A stretch of DNA of 64,000 nucleotides from Candidatus Daviesbacteria bacterium (GTDB taxonomy: Bacteria > Patescibacteriota > Microgenomatia > Daviesbacterales > UBA10151). Positions 8,990 through 19,034 of the stretch are shown piece by piece (the stretch's first letter is position 1; each line of letters begins with the position of its first letter). Under the pieces are notes generated by a model that did not search any database, had not been told where the DNA came from, and saw nothing but the letters and a program-made list of their open reading frames with translations. The position numbers were made by a program, and so were the translations under genes. The DNA is taken from positions 216,229-280,228 of the forward strand of contig JAQTZF010000001.1 in the NCBI GenBank assembly GCA_028687915.1, in the 5' to 3' direction.

Positions 8990-10033
8990 ATGGATCAAAC
9001 TGCCCAACCAAACGATAATTTCTCCAAACTAAGACAGAAAATTAAAGACAATAATTTACCAGCAAATTTAGTTGAAAAACTAAATGATGAGCTGGACCGT
9101 CTGCAAAAAATGGTAGCAGCAACAGGTTATAAGTTTGAGTTTGATAAAGTGTTTGAGTATATAAATTTTGTGGCCTCATTACCTTTTAATAATTCCAGCC
9201 AGGATATTTTGGATTTAAAACGAACAGAAGCAATGTTAAATGAAAATCATTATGGCTTGAATATAGTCAAAGAAAGAATTTTAGAATATATGTCAATTTT
9301 AATATTAAATGCCAATAAAGGAGAAAAACTTCGTTCTCCTATATTATCTTTTGTAGGGTTAGTTGGATCAGGTAAAACATCAATTGCTTATTCTATAGCA
9401 GAAAGCATGGGACGAAAAATTATCAGAATTCCTTTTGGAGGACTAAGTTCTGTGACAGATTTAAGAGGTCAATCAAGAGTTAACGCGGATGCGGAACCAG
9501 GGTTATTAATGAAATCAATTATGAGAGAAGGTGTAAATAATCCTGTAATATTATTGGATGAAATAGACCGAGTAGCCACAGAATCACGAGCAGATTTAAT
9601 GGGGGTTTTGGTGGAGCTTTTGGATCCTAATCAAAACTTTGCCTTTATTGATAAATATGTGGATTTTCCATTTGATTTATCAAAAGCTTTATTTATAGCC
9701 ACAGCCAATAATACAGGTAATATTGCTACAGCAGTACTTGACAGAATGGAAATGATTGAGATGCCAGGCTATTCTGACGAAGAAAAAATTGTTATTGCTA
9801 AGAAATACTTAATGCCAAAGATTATAAAATCAGCAGGATTACCAGACAATACAATAATAATTGATGAAGCGTTATGGCCCCAGATTGTTAGGCCTTTAGG
9901 GTTTGACGCCGGAATCAGGTCATTGCAACGTAATATCGAGACTATTGTTCGTAAAGTTGCTAAACAAGTAGTAGAGGGTAATGCGGGCCCCTATAGCTTA
10001 ACAGCGGAAAATGTAGGAAAATATATAGGTTAA
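8990..10033 (+). CDS. Lon-family AAA+ ATPase lacking N-domain and protease domain
   Basis: HYGLNIVKERILEY, Walker A GLVGSGKTS, Walker B LLDEID, LLDPNQN, FDLSKALFIATAN, LDRME, GIRSLQR; ends right after the AAA+ lid. Confidence 0.9.
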   Translation: MDQTAQPNDNFSKLRQKIKDNNLPANLVEKLNDELDRLQKMVAATGYKFEFDKVFEYINFVASLPFNNSSQDILDLKRTEAMLNENHYGLNIVKERILEYMSILILNANKGEKLRSPILSFVGLVGSGKTSIAYSIAESMGRKIIRIPFGGLSSVTDLRGQSRVNADAEPGLLMKSIMREGVNNPVILLDEIDRVATESRADLMGVLVELLDPNQNFAFIDKYVDFPFDLSKALFIATANNTGNIATAVLDRMEMIEMPGYSDEEKIVIAKKYLMPKIIKSAGLPDNTIIIDEALWPQIVRPLGFDAGIRSLQRNIETIVRKVAKQVVEGNAGPYSLTAENVGKYIG

Positions 10034-11736
10034 TGAAATCATTTTTACCAAATTTTAAATCTAATCAAGGACAAGTAATCCAACATCAGGGACTTAGAAT
10101 CATCCCCTTAGGTGGGGTTGGTGACGTGACCAAAAATATGTATATCTATGAGTATGGCCGTGACATTATCATCATTGATTGTGGTGTTGGTTTTCCGGAC
10201 GAAGCTATGTTGGGAGTAGATTTGGTTATTCCGGATATTTCCTATTTAAAGGATAAAGTTGACCGAATTAAGGCAATTATTATTACTCATCCACATGATG
10301 ACCATATTGGAGGATTAGTATATATCTGGCCAGAACTAAAGTGTCCAATTTATGCGACCAAGTTAGCAGTTGGTTTTATTAAAAATAAATTTAATGAAGC
10401 TAAATTACCAAAAGATCCAATTCATATAATTGATCCGGAAAACAAATTAAACTTGGGAGCTTTTGGAATATCATTTTATCGGGTCTCACATTCTGTGCCA
10501 GATTCAGTGGGAATTGTCATTGATACTCCTGGTTCAAGAGTCATTCACCAATCAGATTTTAAATTAGACTGGACTCCAATTATTGGTAAACCAACGGAAA
10601 TTGCAAAAATTGCCAGGTTTAGTGAAGATGGCATTGATTTATTGCTTATTGATGCATTGGGATCAGAAAAGAAAGGCTACAATGAGCCAGAGATAAATAT
10701 TTTACCAACATTCAAAAAGATTGAAGAGGAAACTGAGGGGAAAATATTATTAACCACAGCAAGTTCCAATATCAGTCGTATTCAGATGGCAATTAATGTA
10801 GCAAGTGATGCAGGACGAAAAGTAGCTTTGGTGGGTCGTTCTATGGAAAGTAATTTTCAAGTTGCCAGAGACCTTGGTTATTTACATATTCCACCAGGCA
10901 TAATTATTGCTCAGGAAGAGGTTAAAAGGTTTCCTGATAATAAATTATTATTAATCATTGCAGGTTCTCAGGGTCAACCAGGTTCAGCTTTGTCCAGGGT
11001 TGCTAATAATGATCATAAACATGTATTTCTTAAAAAAGATGATACAGTTATCTTTTCTGCCGATCCAATTCCCTCAACAGAAACTGCTCAACATGCCTTG
11101 ATTGATAAATTAGCCAAAATGGGAGTAGATGTCAGGTATAAAGAAATGGAAGATGCTTTGCATGTTTCTGGACATGAAACAGCAGAAGAAATTAAGATGA
11201 TGATCAATATAATCAGGCCAAAAGCTTTGGTTCCAATTGGGGCAACTTATCGGGGAATGATAGCTTTTTCTAAATTGGCAAAAGATTTGGGCTATACTGA
11301 AAAACAAATTCTTTTAGCTGAGGATGGGCAAATTATTAACCTTGTTTCAGGTGTCTCTCGTCTTGAGGGTAGAATTGATGTTCGAAATATTTATGTTGAT
11401 GGATTAGGGATAGGAGATGTGGGAAATGTTATATTAAGGGACAGAAAAGTGATGTCTGAGGAGGGAATAGTATTGGTAATTGTTCCTGTGGATAGTCATA
11501 CTAGCCAATTAGTAGGAGAGCCTGATATAGTAACTCGTGGGTTTGTTTTTGAAAGAGAAGCAGAAGAAATGCTGTCAAAAGCACGAAGTGTAGTCAGATC
11601 ATGTTTGGCAGATCATCCTAATGCTATTTTAGATTGGAGATTTACCAGAAGCCATATTGAAGAAAATTTGGATAAATTCTTCTTTGAGGAGTTGCATCGC
11701 AGACCCATGATTCTACCATTAATTGTAGAAGTCTAA
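10033..11736 (+). CDS. rnj: Ribonuclease J
   Basis: PLGGVGDVTKNM, THPHDDHIGG, SHSVPD, GSQGQP, HVSGH, VDGLGIGDVG. Confidence 0.97.
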   Translation: MKSFLPNFKSNQGQVIQHQGLRIIPLGGVGDVTKNMYIYEYGRDIIIIDCGVGFPDEAMLGVDLVIPDISYLKDKVDRIKAIIITHPHDDHIGGLVYIWPELKCPIYATKLAVGFIKNKFNEAKLPKDPIHIIDPENKLNLGAFGISFYRVSHSVPDSVGIVIDTPGSRVIHQSDFKLDWTPIIGKPTEIAKIARFSEDGIDLLLIDALGSEKKGYNEPEINILPTFKKIEEETEGKILLTTASSNISRIQMAINVASDAGRKVALVGRSMESNFQVARDLGYLHIPPGIIIAQEEVKRFPDNKLLLIIAGSQGQPGSALSRVANNDHKHVFLKKDDTVIFSADPIPSTETAQHALIDKLAKMGVDVRYKEMEDALHVSGHETAEEIKMMINIIRPKALVPIGATYRGMIAFSKLAKDLGYTEKQILLAEDGQIINLVSGVSRLEGRIDVRNIYVDGLGIGDVGNVILRDRKVMSEEGIVLVIVPVDSHTSQLVGEPDIVTRGFVFEREAEEMLSKARSVVRSCLADHPNAILDWRFTRSHIEENLDKFFFEELHRRPMILPLIVEV

Positions 11737-11779
11737 TAATCCTATAGTATATTAGGATATGTTATAATAAGGAGGTAAT

Positions 11780-13900
11780 ATGTCTAGACGTCGTTCAATG
11801 TATTCTTTGCCAAAACTAAAACTAAAACCAAAAACGATTATTACTATTGGAACAGTTATTGCATTCATTTTTGCAATTATTTCCGGAGTGTCTTTATTTA
11901 CTGAAACTGCAAAACTATTATTTTGGAGAGAGTTTTTATACGGAAACTTAGGTTGGACATCTTATTTTTCACCATTTATCTTTTTAATTTCTGGATTGGT
12001 TCTACAACGATTTAAGTGGCAATATGCCCAGCCAAATGTCTTGTTAGGCCTTATTACAATTATTATTTCACTATCTGCTTTAACTGCTTCTTTTTTCTCT
12101 GATGGTGCAGGTGATTTGGGTAATTTAATTTGGAATGAGTTGGCTGGAATATTAACAGGGTTTGGTGCAGCAGGAGTATTACTTGGAATTTTAATAGTGG
12201 GATTAATAGTATTTTTTAATACTTCTGCTTCTCAGGTTTTAGAAATAGTGACTGCAATTTATAAGTTTATTCAGGGAAATATTTTTAGTCCCATATTTGG
12301 CAGATTTTTTGGACCAAGTTTAGCTGAGCCAAGGAAAATATCAATTAAAGTATCTGGTATGCAAGAGACACCAAAAGTTGCTGTTGCGCCACAAAAAGAA
12401 ACAGCTATTATGGCAGATGAACTTGTTCAGAACGTGGCTGGTCAAACTAAAATCTGGAAATATCCACCAATTAGTTTACTCTCTGATAAAGTGGGAGCGC
12501 CAGCAGACCGGGGCGATGTAAAGAAAAATGCTTCAACAATTGAAAAAACTTTGGATGCTTTTGGGGTATTGGCTGAGGTAGCAGAAGTTAATGGTGGCCC
12601 ATCAGTTACTCAGTATGCTTTAAAAATATCTTCGGGCACAAAAATTGCCAAGATTACCAACTTACAACATGATTTGGCCATGGCTTTGGCAGCCAGAACC
12701 GGAACTGTCCGGGTTGAAGCTCCAATTCCAGGAAAATCATTGGTGGGAATTGAAGTACCAAATAAAACATTAGAAGTTGTAGGTTTAAAAACTATTTTAG
12801 CCTCAGATGATATGCAAAAACAAAAAAGCAAATTGGCAATAGCTTTGGGAAGAGATACCTCTTCTAAAGAAATAATTGTTGATTTAGCTAAAATGCCTCA
12901 CTGTCTAGTTGCTGGTACTACTGGTTCTGGAAAATCCATCATGTTAAATGCACTTATTGCGTCCTTGCTTTATCGAAACTCTCCGGAGGAATTAAAACTT
13001 ATTTTAGTTGATCCAAAAAGGGTAGAGATGTCTAACTACAATGGCATTCCTCATTTATTAACTCCGGTTATCAATGAACCAGAAAAGATTTTATCGGCTT
13101 TAAAATGGACTATGGCAGAGATGGATAGACGTTATAAAACATTTCAAGCAGTGGGAGTTAGAAATATACAAGGCTACAATGAGATGTCAGGTTTTCAGGC
13201 ACTTCCATATATTGTAGTGGTAATTGATGAGTTGGCAGACTTAATGCTTTTTGCTCCGGTTGAGGTGGAAGATGCTATTACCCGTTTAGCACAATTATCC
13301 CGAGCCACAGGTATTCATTTAGTAATTGCCACACAGCGTCCATCTGTTGATGTTATAACTGGTTTAATTAAAGCTAATATTCCTTGTCGGGTTGCTTTTA
13401 CAGTTTCCTCCATGGTTGATTCACGGGTTATTCTTGATTCTCCAGGAGCAGAAAAATTACTGGGGCGTGGAGACATGTTGTTTTTACCGCCTGATGCTTC
13501 CAAGCCAATGCGTATTCAGGGAGTTTTTGTGTCTGATGCTGAACTAAACAGTTTAATTGACTTTTTGAAATCCACTGGTGTGGCTCCACAATATACTACT
13601 GAAATTACAGAAATGCCTATTGGTAGGGTTGGTGGTAAATCAGGAGGTAGTTCAGGTGGTGCTGATGATCGGGACGAGCTCTTTGATGAAGCTATTAAAA
13701 CAGTTTGCCAATATGACCGGGCTTCAGCATCGTTATTACAGCGAAGGCTTAGAGTAGGCTATGCCAGAGCTGCCAGAATGATTGATGAGCTGGAAGCAGC
13801 AGGAATTGTAGGGGCTGGAGAAGGTTCAAAACCTCGAGACGTGTTAGTCAGAAATGCAGATGAATACTTTGCTCAAAAGAATAACCCTACTGAAAGTTAA
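11780..13900 (+). CDS. ftsK: DNA translocase FtsK/SpoIIIE
   Basis: N-terminal TM helices, PHCLVAGTTGSGKS, IDELADLM, ATQRPSVDVITG, gamma domain ASASLLQRRLRVGYARAAR; SD aaggagg. Confidence 0.98.
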   Translation: MSRRRSMYSLPKLKLKPKTIITIGTVIAFIFAIISGVSLFTETAKLLFWREFLYGNLGWTSYFSPFIFLISGLVLQRFKWQYAQPNVLLGLITIIISLSALTASFFSDGAGDLGNLIWNELAGILTGFGAAGVLLGILIVGLIVFFNTSASQVLEIVTAIYKFIQGNIFSPIFGRFFGPSLAEPRKISIKVSGMQETPKVAVAPQKETAIMADELVQNVAGQTKIWKYPPISLLSDKVGAPADRGDVKKNASTIEKTLDAFGVLAEVAEVNGGPSVTQYALKISSGTKIAKITNLQHDLAMALAARTGTVRVEAPIPGKSLVGIEVPNKTLEVVGLKTILASDDMQKQKSKLAIALGRDTSSKEIIVDLAKMPHCLVAGTTGSGKSIMLNALIASLLYRNSPEELKLILVDPKRVEMSNYNGIPHLLTPVINEPEKILSALKWTMAEMDRRYKTFQAVGVRNIQGYNEMSGFQALPYIVVVIDELADLMLFAPVEVEDAITRLAQLSRATGIHLVIATQRPSVDVITGLIKANIPCRVAFTVSSMVDSRVILDSPGAEKLLGRGDMLFLPPDASKPMRIQGVFVSDAELNSLIDFLKSTGVAPQYTTEITEMPIGRVGGKSGGSSGGADDRDELFDEAIKTVCQYDRASASLLQRRLRVGYARAARMIDELEAAGIVGAGEGSKPRDVLVRNADEYFAQKNNPTES

Positions 13901-14634
13901 GTTGTAGGTTGGGATGAGGTAAGAAAGTCTGAGGCTTTGGGAGAATTTTCCATTGAATCATTATTTATTTCTTCTTTTGAATCCTCAAAATCTGCTAAAT
14001 CTTCTGTTTGATAATTAGTATTTTCTTCAGGTTTTGATTCACTCATAGTTTCCTGAATTGGTTCTTCTTCTGTTTTGGTGTTTGAACTTAAATTACCCAG
14101 TAATTCATCAATTGGACTCATAACAGCAGCAAAACGCTTGGCTTCTTCTTTCTTTTTTATTCTTTCGATTGATGCATCAGAAGCTTCTTTAAAATCTTCA
14201 AATTGTGGCTCTGTAAGGTGAGTATAGGCTAAGATAACTTTATTAACACAACTCTGTCCTTGAGTTTCAATTTGTTTAATATTATTAAAAAGCATGATAT
14301 AAAAGTCTTGCCCGGTATCTGGTTGCTTGCTATGATTAATTTCTACTTCATAATCTCCTAAATCCATGCGGTAGTGATCTTCTATGGAAGCAACTTCAAA
14401 TTTATTTAAATCAGTATGGCTAACAGGCAATTTATCCTGATTTATTAAATCTATTAATTGATTTAAGTATTTTTCTGATTTTTCTCCATCTCCTGCAGGA
14501 GGAGGTGGCTCTTGTGGCATTTCCTGAGGCTGTTGTATGGGTTCCTCTGGCAGATCTATAGTATTTGAATTAGTAGTTGGTGCAGTATCGTCGAGCATTC
14601 CTCTTATATTAGAGAAGGTTGGAACACCAGTCAA
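13897..14634 (-). CDS. Acidic hypothetical protein (start uncertain)
   Basis: 245-aa ORF, globular core flanked by P/Q/E-rich tails. Confidence 0.7.
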   Translation of the reverse strand: MTGVPTFSNIRGMLDDTAPTTNSNTIDLPEEPIQQPQEMPQEPPPPAGDGEKSEKYLNQLIDLINQDKLPVSHTDLNKFEVASIEDHYRMDLGDYEVEINHSKQPDTGQDFYIMLFNNIKQIETQGQSCVNKVILAYTHLTEPQFEDFKEASDASIERIKKKEEAKRFAAVMSPIDELLGNLSSNTKTEEEPIQETMSESKPEENTNYQTEDLADFEDSKEEINNDSMENSPKASDFLTSSQPTT

Positions 14635-14725
14635 TAAGTCGTTTTTAGATAGAAATCTAACTTAATATCTCATTTTACCTTGAATGTTTACCAGATAGGT
14701 AGGATAATAGGGATTATTCAATTAT

Positions 14726-15364
14726 ATGAGAACTGTTGGGCAAATATTAAAAGAAGCCAGGGAACAAAAAGTTTATACCCTGGAACAAGTAGAAAAAGCT
14801 ATTAAGATTAGAAAAGAGCTTTTAGTAGCTTTGGAATCAGATAATTATAAAAAATTACCACCTCCTACTTTTGTGCGTGGTTTTATTAAAAATTATGCTT
14901 CTTTTTTGGGGTTGGATGCTGGTAAATTATTGGCAATCTTTAGAAGGGAATTTGCAGAGGATAGGCATAAGCCTTATGTGATGGATGCTTTTTCTAATCC
15001 AGTGGAAACTCCCAGATTTAAACTTACACCTAATCAGCTAATTGGGGGTGTGGTGGTATTAATTGTGCTTTCTTTTTTTGTTTACCTGTGGGTGCAGTAT
15101 CGTGGGTTAGTTGGTGCTCCACAACTTGTTATTACTTCACCTCAGGATCAAATGACAGTAAGTGATCCAAATTTAGAAGTGATTGGAAAAACAGATACTG
15201 AGGTTAAGGTGTTAGTTAATAGTCAGGAGATTCAGGTTGATAGTGAAGGTAATTTTAAAGAACAAATCACTCTTCCTTCTCAGGTAAATAAAATTACCAT
15301 TGATGCAATTTCCAAATTTGGCCAAAAAACAGAAATAGAAAGAACTGTTTACCTTAAAAGGTAG
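14726..15364 (+). CDS. rodZ: RodZ-like HTH membrane protein with C-terminal Ig-like domain
   Basis: VGQILKEARE..LVALESDNYKKLPPPTFVRGFIKNYASFLGLD, TM helix, follows ftsK. Confidence 0.8.
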   Translation: MRTVGQILKEAREQKVYTLEQVEKAIKIRKELLVALESDNYKKLPPPTFVRGFIKNYASFLGLDAGKLLAIFRREFAEDRHKPYVMDAFSNPVETPRFKLTPNQLIGGVVVLIVLSFFVYLWVQYRGLVGAPQLVITSPQDQMTVSDPNLEVIGKTDTEVKVLVNSQEIQVDSEGNFKEQITLPSQVNKITIDAISKFGQKTEIERTVYLKR

Positions 15365-15415
15365 TAAGAGGCAAGCTTTACTTATTTAAAAAGATAATGT
15401 GAGATACTGAATAAG

Positions 15416-16015
15416 ATGAATCAAAAAGGTTTTGCCCTAATTTTGATAATTTTAGGTGTTGCTCTGATTTTAGGCATAGCAGGTGGGGTTTACTATTTAG
15501 GACAAGTATCTGTAAAATTACCAACCTTTCAAACTTCTGTTTCTTCTACTAAGACCCCTGCAAAAACTACCAGTAATTCTACACCCCTTGTTGATGGAGC
15601 TGCTAATTGGAAAACATATCAAAATTCAAAACTAGGAATAGAATTCATGTATCCTTCAGACTATACAATACAACAGATGAGTGATATTAGTGTTGATTTG
15701 TTAGTCCCCTATAGGCCGAAAGGTCAAATAATGGATGTACATATTAAGTTTTTAAGGAAAATAGTTTTTCCAAAAGAAGATATGAAGAAATGTGGTGAAA
15801 AAGAAGACATTGTTTATGATCTTAGATCAACAAATTGTTATAAAGATATTATGATAGGTGGAGTTGCAGGGATAAAATATGCCCAGGGATGGGATAATAT
15901 AATAATTACAGAAAAACCAGAACTTCAAATAATAATAGATGGTGCAATTATTTATAGATTTTCCTATGGAGAAACAATAGATAAAATTCTTTCTACTTTT
16001 AAATTCACAAATTAA
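15416..16015 (+). CDS. Pilin-like-leader surface protein with PsbP-like domain
   Basis: MNQKGF+hydrophobic helix, S/T linker, WKTYQNSKLGIEFMYP, C-terminal DKILSTFKF; paralog of the 31.5-38.2 kb genes. Confidence 0.8.
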   Translation: MNQKGFALILIILGVALILGIAGGVYYLGQVSVKLPTFQTSVSSTKTPAKTTSNSTPLVDGAANWKTYQNSKLGIEFMYPSDYTIQQMSDISVDLLVPYRPKGQIMDVHIKFLRKIVFPKEDMKKCGEKEDIVYDLRSTNCYKDIMIGGVAGIKYAQGWDNIIITEKPELQIIIDGAIIYRFSYGETIDKILSTFKFTN

Positions 16016-16026
16016 AAATTTTATTT

Positions 16027-17811
16027 TTATCCTAAAACAGCGTAGATTCTTCTGATGCCAGCTGAAGCTGATTCTTCTTTAATTATTTTAAACTTTCCTA
16101 ACTCTCCAGTTTGTTTAACATGGGGTCCACCACAAATTTCCCGACTGAAAGGAGGTTCTGAGCGACCGGAGGGAGTCGAAGGATCACTTATTGTATAAAC
16201 AGCTACAGAATCTCCATACTTATCTATAAAAAATCCTAAAGCACCAGATTCTAAGGCAATTTGCTTATCCATAATTTCTGAAGTTACTGTTAAATTATCT
16301 TCTATTGCTTTATTAACTAGATTTTCAATCTCTTTGATTTGTTCTTCTGTCAGCTTTTCTTTGTGGGAAAAATCAAATCTTAATCTATCTGCAGTAATAT
16401 TACTGCCTTTTTGCTGAACACCCTCTCCTAATACTTTTCGGAGTGCAGCATTAAGTAAATGAGTAGCTGTATGATATTTTGTAGCAATTTCTGTTTGCTC
16501 TGTTAAACCTCCTTTAAACATCCCAGCAGAAGCTGTTCTGGATAACTCCTTATGAGCATTAAATTCTTTTTCAAATTCAGCGTGATCAACATTTTGTCCT
16601 TTTAATTTAAACAGCTCTTCTGTAATCTCTAATGGAAAACCATAGGTTTGATATAAATCAAAAGCTTTTTTGCCATCTATTTTTTCAATCTTATTAATTT
16701 CTTTTAAACCAGCATCCAAAGTTTTGGCAAAACGATTTAACTCATCCGCCACTACTGCAAAAACAGATTTGGAATCTTCTTCTGTATTGATGTTATAGTT
16801 GCCCTCATAAATAGTCAAAATAGTTTCTACTATTTCCATAATAGATTCTGCATTCCAGATTTTGCCAGAAAGCTGATGCATTTTTACCATTGAACGGCGG
16901 AGGAGCCTTCTTAAAACATAACCCTGCATCTTATTGGCAGGTAATACTCCATCAAGAATTAAAAAAGTTGAGGCTTTAAAATGATCAGCAATAATACGAA
17001 ATTCTTTTAAATTTTCCTCATATTTTTTATTTGTAATTTTCTCTATTTTTTTAATAATTGGTAAAAATAATTCTGTTTGATAATCATCATCAACTCCATT
17101 GGTTAATGCTAAGGCTCTTTCCATTCCCATCCCAGTATCAACATTTTGCTGGGATAATTTTTCAAATTTTCCTTCGGCAGTTTTGTTGTATTGCATAAAC
17201 ACATCATTCCAGATTTCTACCCATTGTTTATTTTCTGGATCAAATGTTTTTGGAGCAGTATCAGTGCCTGTCCAAATAAACATTTCAGAATCAGGTCCAC
17301 AAGGCCCCACGTTTCCAACTGGTCCCCACCAGTTATCTTTTTTGGGAAGTTTAGTAATCCTATCCTTATCAATTCCCAAGCTTAACCAGATATCATATGA
17401 TTCATTATCAAAAGGGGCATCTGTATCACCCTCGAAGACAGAAACACCTAACTTTTCTTTTGGTAAATTTAAATACTCAGGGGAAGTTAAAAATTCAAAG
17501 CTCCATTTTAGGGCGTCGGTTTTAAAGTAATCTCCAAGGCTCCAATTTCCCAGCATTTCAAAAAAAGTATGATGGCAAATATCACCCACCTCATCAATAT
17601 CATCTGTTCTTAAACATTTTTGAATATCTGTTAATCTTTTACCTTCAGGGTGTTTTTCACCTAATAAATAGGGGACTAAAGGATGCATTCCTGCTGTAGT
17701 AAAAAGTACTGATGGGTCATTTTCAGGCACTAAAGGAGCTGAAGGGATAACTTTGTGTCCCTCGCTTGCAAAAAAATCCAAATATTTTTGTCTTAACTCT
17801 GAAGCCTTCAT
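16027..17811 (-). CDS. alaS: Alanine--tRNA ligase, short form without C-Ala domain
   Basis: LFTTAGMHP, HHTFFEMLGNWS, VDTGMGMER, HTATHLL, EICGGPHV, GIRRI; start at MKASELR. Confidence 0.98.
   Translation of the reverse strand: MKASELRQKYLDFFASEGHKVIPSAPLVPENDPSVLFTTAGMHPLVPYLLGEKHPEGKRLTDIQKCLRTDDIDEVGDICHHTFFEMLGNWSLGDYFKTDALKWSFEFLTSPEYLNLPKEKLGVSVFEGDTDAPFDNESYDIWLSLGIDKDRITKLPKKDNWWGPVGNVGPCGPDSEMFIWTGTDTAPKTFDPENKQWVEIWNDVFMQYNKTAEGKFEKLSQQNVDTGMGMERALALTNGVDDDYQTELFLPIIKKIEKITNKKYEENLKEFRIIADHFKASTFLILDGVLPANKMQGYVLRRLLRRSMVKMHQLSGKIWNAESIMEIVETILTIYEGNYNINTEEDSKSVFAVVADELNRFAKTLDAGLKEINKIEKIDGKKAFDLYQTYGFPLEITEELFKLKGQNVDHAEFEKEFNAHKELSRTASAGMFKGGLTEQTEIATKYHTATHLLNAALRKVLGEGVQQKGSNITADRLRFDFSHKEKLTEEQIKEIENLVNKAIEDNLTVTSEIMDKQIALESGALGFFIDKYGDSVAVYTISDPSTPSGRSEPPFSREICGGPHVKQTGELGKFKIIKEESASAGIRRIYAVLG
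16158..16182. repeat. 25-nt palindromic insertion element within alaS
   Basis: ctgagcga-ccggagg-gagtcgaagg; second copy at 34401-34425. Confidence 0.7.
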
Positions 17812-17886
17812 GTAGGAATTATAACTTATATTTATTCCAAACATAAGTTTAAGATATTTTTACTTTAAGGAAAGTGAAATAAGCTA

Positions 17887-18624
17887 TTATGAAACCATTT
17901 TAGAAAGAAGAAGCAGATTTTGCCAAACTTCCGAAATCTTTTCTTGAGATATGGTAGGTGGGAGATTAACTTTGATTATTGATTGGCCATTACATTCGGA
18001 AAATGGAGCGTTCCAACAGGAGTAAATTAGATTAAGCAATCTTTGGGTATGATTAGAGATGGACGGAGTAATCTTTTTCATCTCCTGAAATATAATTTGT
18101 CTTGCGTTGGAAGGGAGTAAAACAACTACTGCTATGGCAAGAGGTAAACTGTCACGATTAAAGTTGTTTAGATCTTCGCCTGTTACAAAATCTCTGGCAA
18201 TATCAGGGTCAGCAGCAGAATTAATTATTTTGGCAGCTGTGGTAGGGGGAATAATTTCTAAAAAATCTGTCATACACCGTTCAGCGGAAAATTTATAGGG
18301 ATATAATCTCTGCCCAGAACTTTCTTCAATTTGTTCTCCGAGTATTGAGGTAGCAACTAAAATGCCGGTTAGCCCATGCTGCTCTTTTGAGTTTTTTCCT
18401 TTAGGGAGCTGTAAAACTTCATCTTCCCAGACTCTTTGTTTGTGAAGAATGCTATTAGCCCAAGCGATTGGATAAAATGGTTCTAATGGTTTTTTAAAGT
18501 ATCTGCCTAGCATTTTTGAAAGAAGGGCATTTTTGCATTCTTGAGATGGGATTTGTTTAACAAGGGAAACTTCTCCATAACTGCCTTCTTTTATTACTTC
18601 ATAACTATTGTGTGCATTTTCCAT
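17887..18624 (-). CDS. Hypothetical protein
   Basis: 245-aa ATG ORF with TATAAT upstream; no recognised motif. Confidence 0.65.
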   Translation of the reverse strand: MENAHNSYEVIKEGSYGEVSLVKQIPSQECKNALLSKMLGRYFKKPLEPFYPIAWANSILHKQRVWEDEVLQLPKGKNSKEQHGLTGILVATSILGEQIEESSGQRLYPYKFSAERCMTDFLEIIPPTTAAKIINSAADPDIARDFVTGEDLNNFNRDSLPLAIAVVVLLPSNARQIIFQEMKKITPSISNHTQRLLNLIYSCWNAPFSECNGQSIIKVNLPPTISQEKISEVWQNLLLLSKMVS

Positions 18625-18662
18625 TACAATAAAAGGATTATAGGGCTGGTCAAGGAAGTAGT

Positions 18663-18941
18663 CTACCGGGTAGATTGTGCTTCAAGTGCTGCTTCGCCGA
18701 TCTCTTCCATCTTAGCTAAGCGGGTATAGTAATCCGGAATTTCATTTAAATGAGCTAAGGCAATTTTAGCAGTTAGGATTGGGTCATCATTAGTCACATT
18801 AGTTGAGGGAGAAACAGTACCATGTTCAAGCTCCACATCCAGCCCCATCCTAAATTGTTCAATATCCCATCTACTCCAATCAACACTTAGTTGTTCTCCA
18901 ATTTGTTTAGCTTCTTCAGTAGTAAAACTAGTTTTTGCCAT
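18663..18941 (-). CDS. DUF5661-like small protein
   Basis: FRMGLDVELEHG..TNDDPILTAKIALAHLNEIPDYYTRLAKME. Confidence 0.8.
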   Translation of the reverse strand: MAKTSFTTEEAKQIGEQLSVDWSRWDIEQFRMGLDVELEHGTVSPSTNVTNDDPILTAKIALAHLNEIPDYYTRLAKMEEIGEAALEAQSTR

Positions 18942-18967
18942 CTCGATAAAAAGTATAACATATAGAC

Positions 18968-18996
18968 TTGGCTAATTTTTTTAGAAGTGTTAAACT
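18968..18996 (+). promoter_or_regulatory. sigma70-type promoter
   Basis: TTGGCT-17 nt-TAAACT with TGn extension. Confidence 0.55.
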
Positions 18997-19008
18997 AATT
19001 ACATGCGC

Positions 19009-19027
19009 CTGCCTTAGCGGTAGGCAG
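19009..19027. repeat. GC-rich REP-like hairpin
   Basis: ctgcct-tagcggt-aggcag. Confidence 0.5.
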
Positions 19028-19034
19028 TTTCTAT

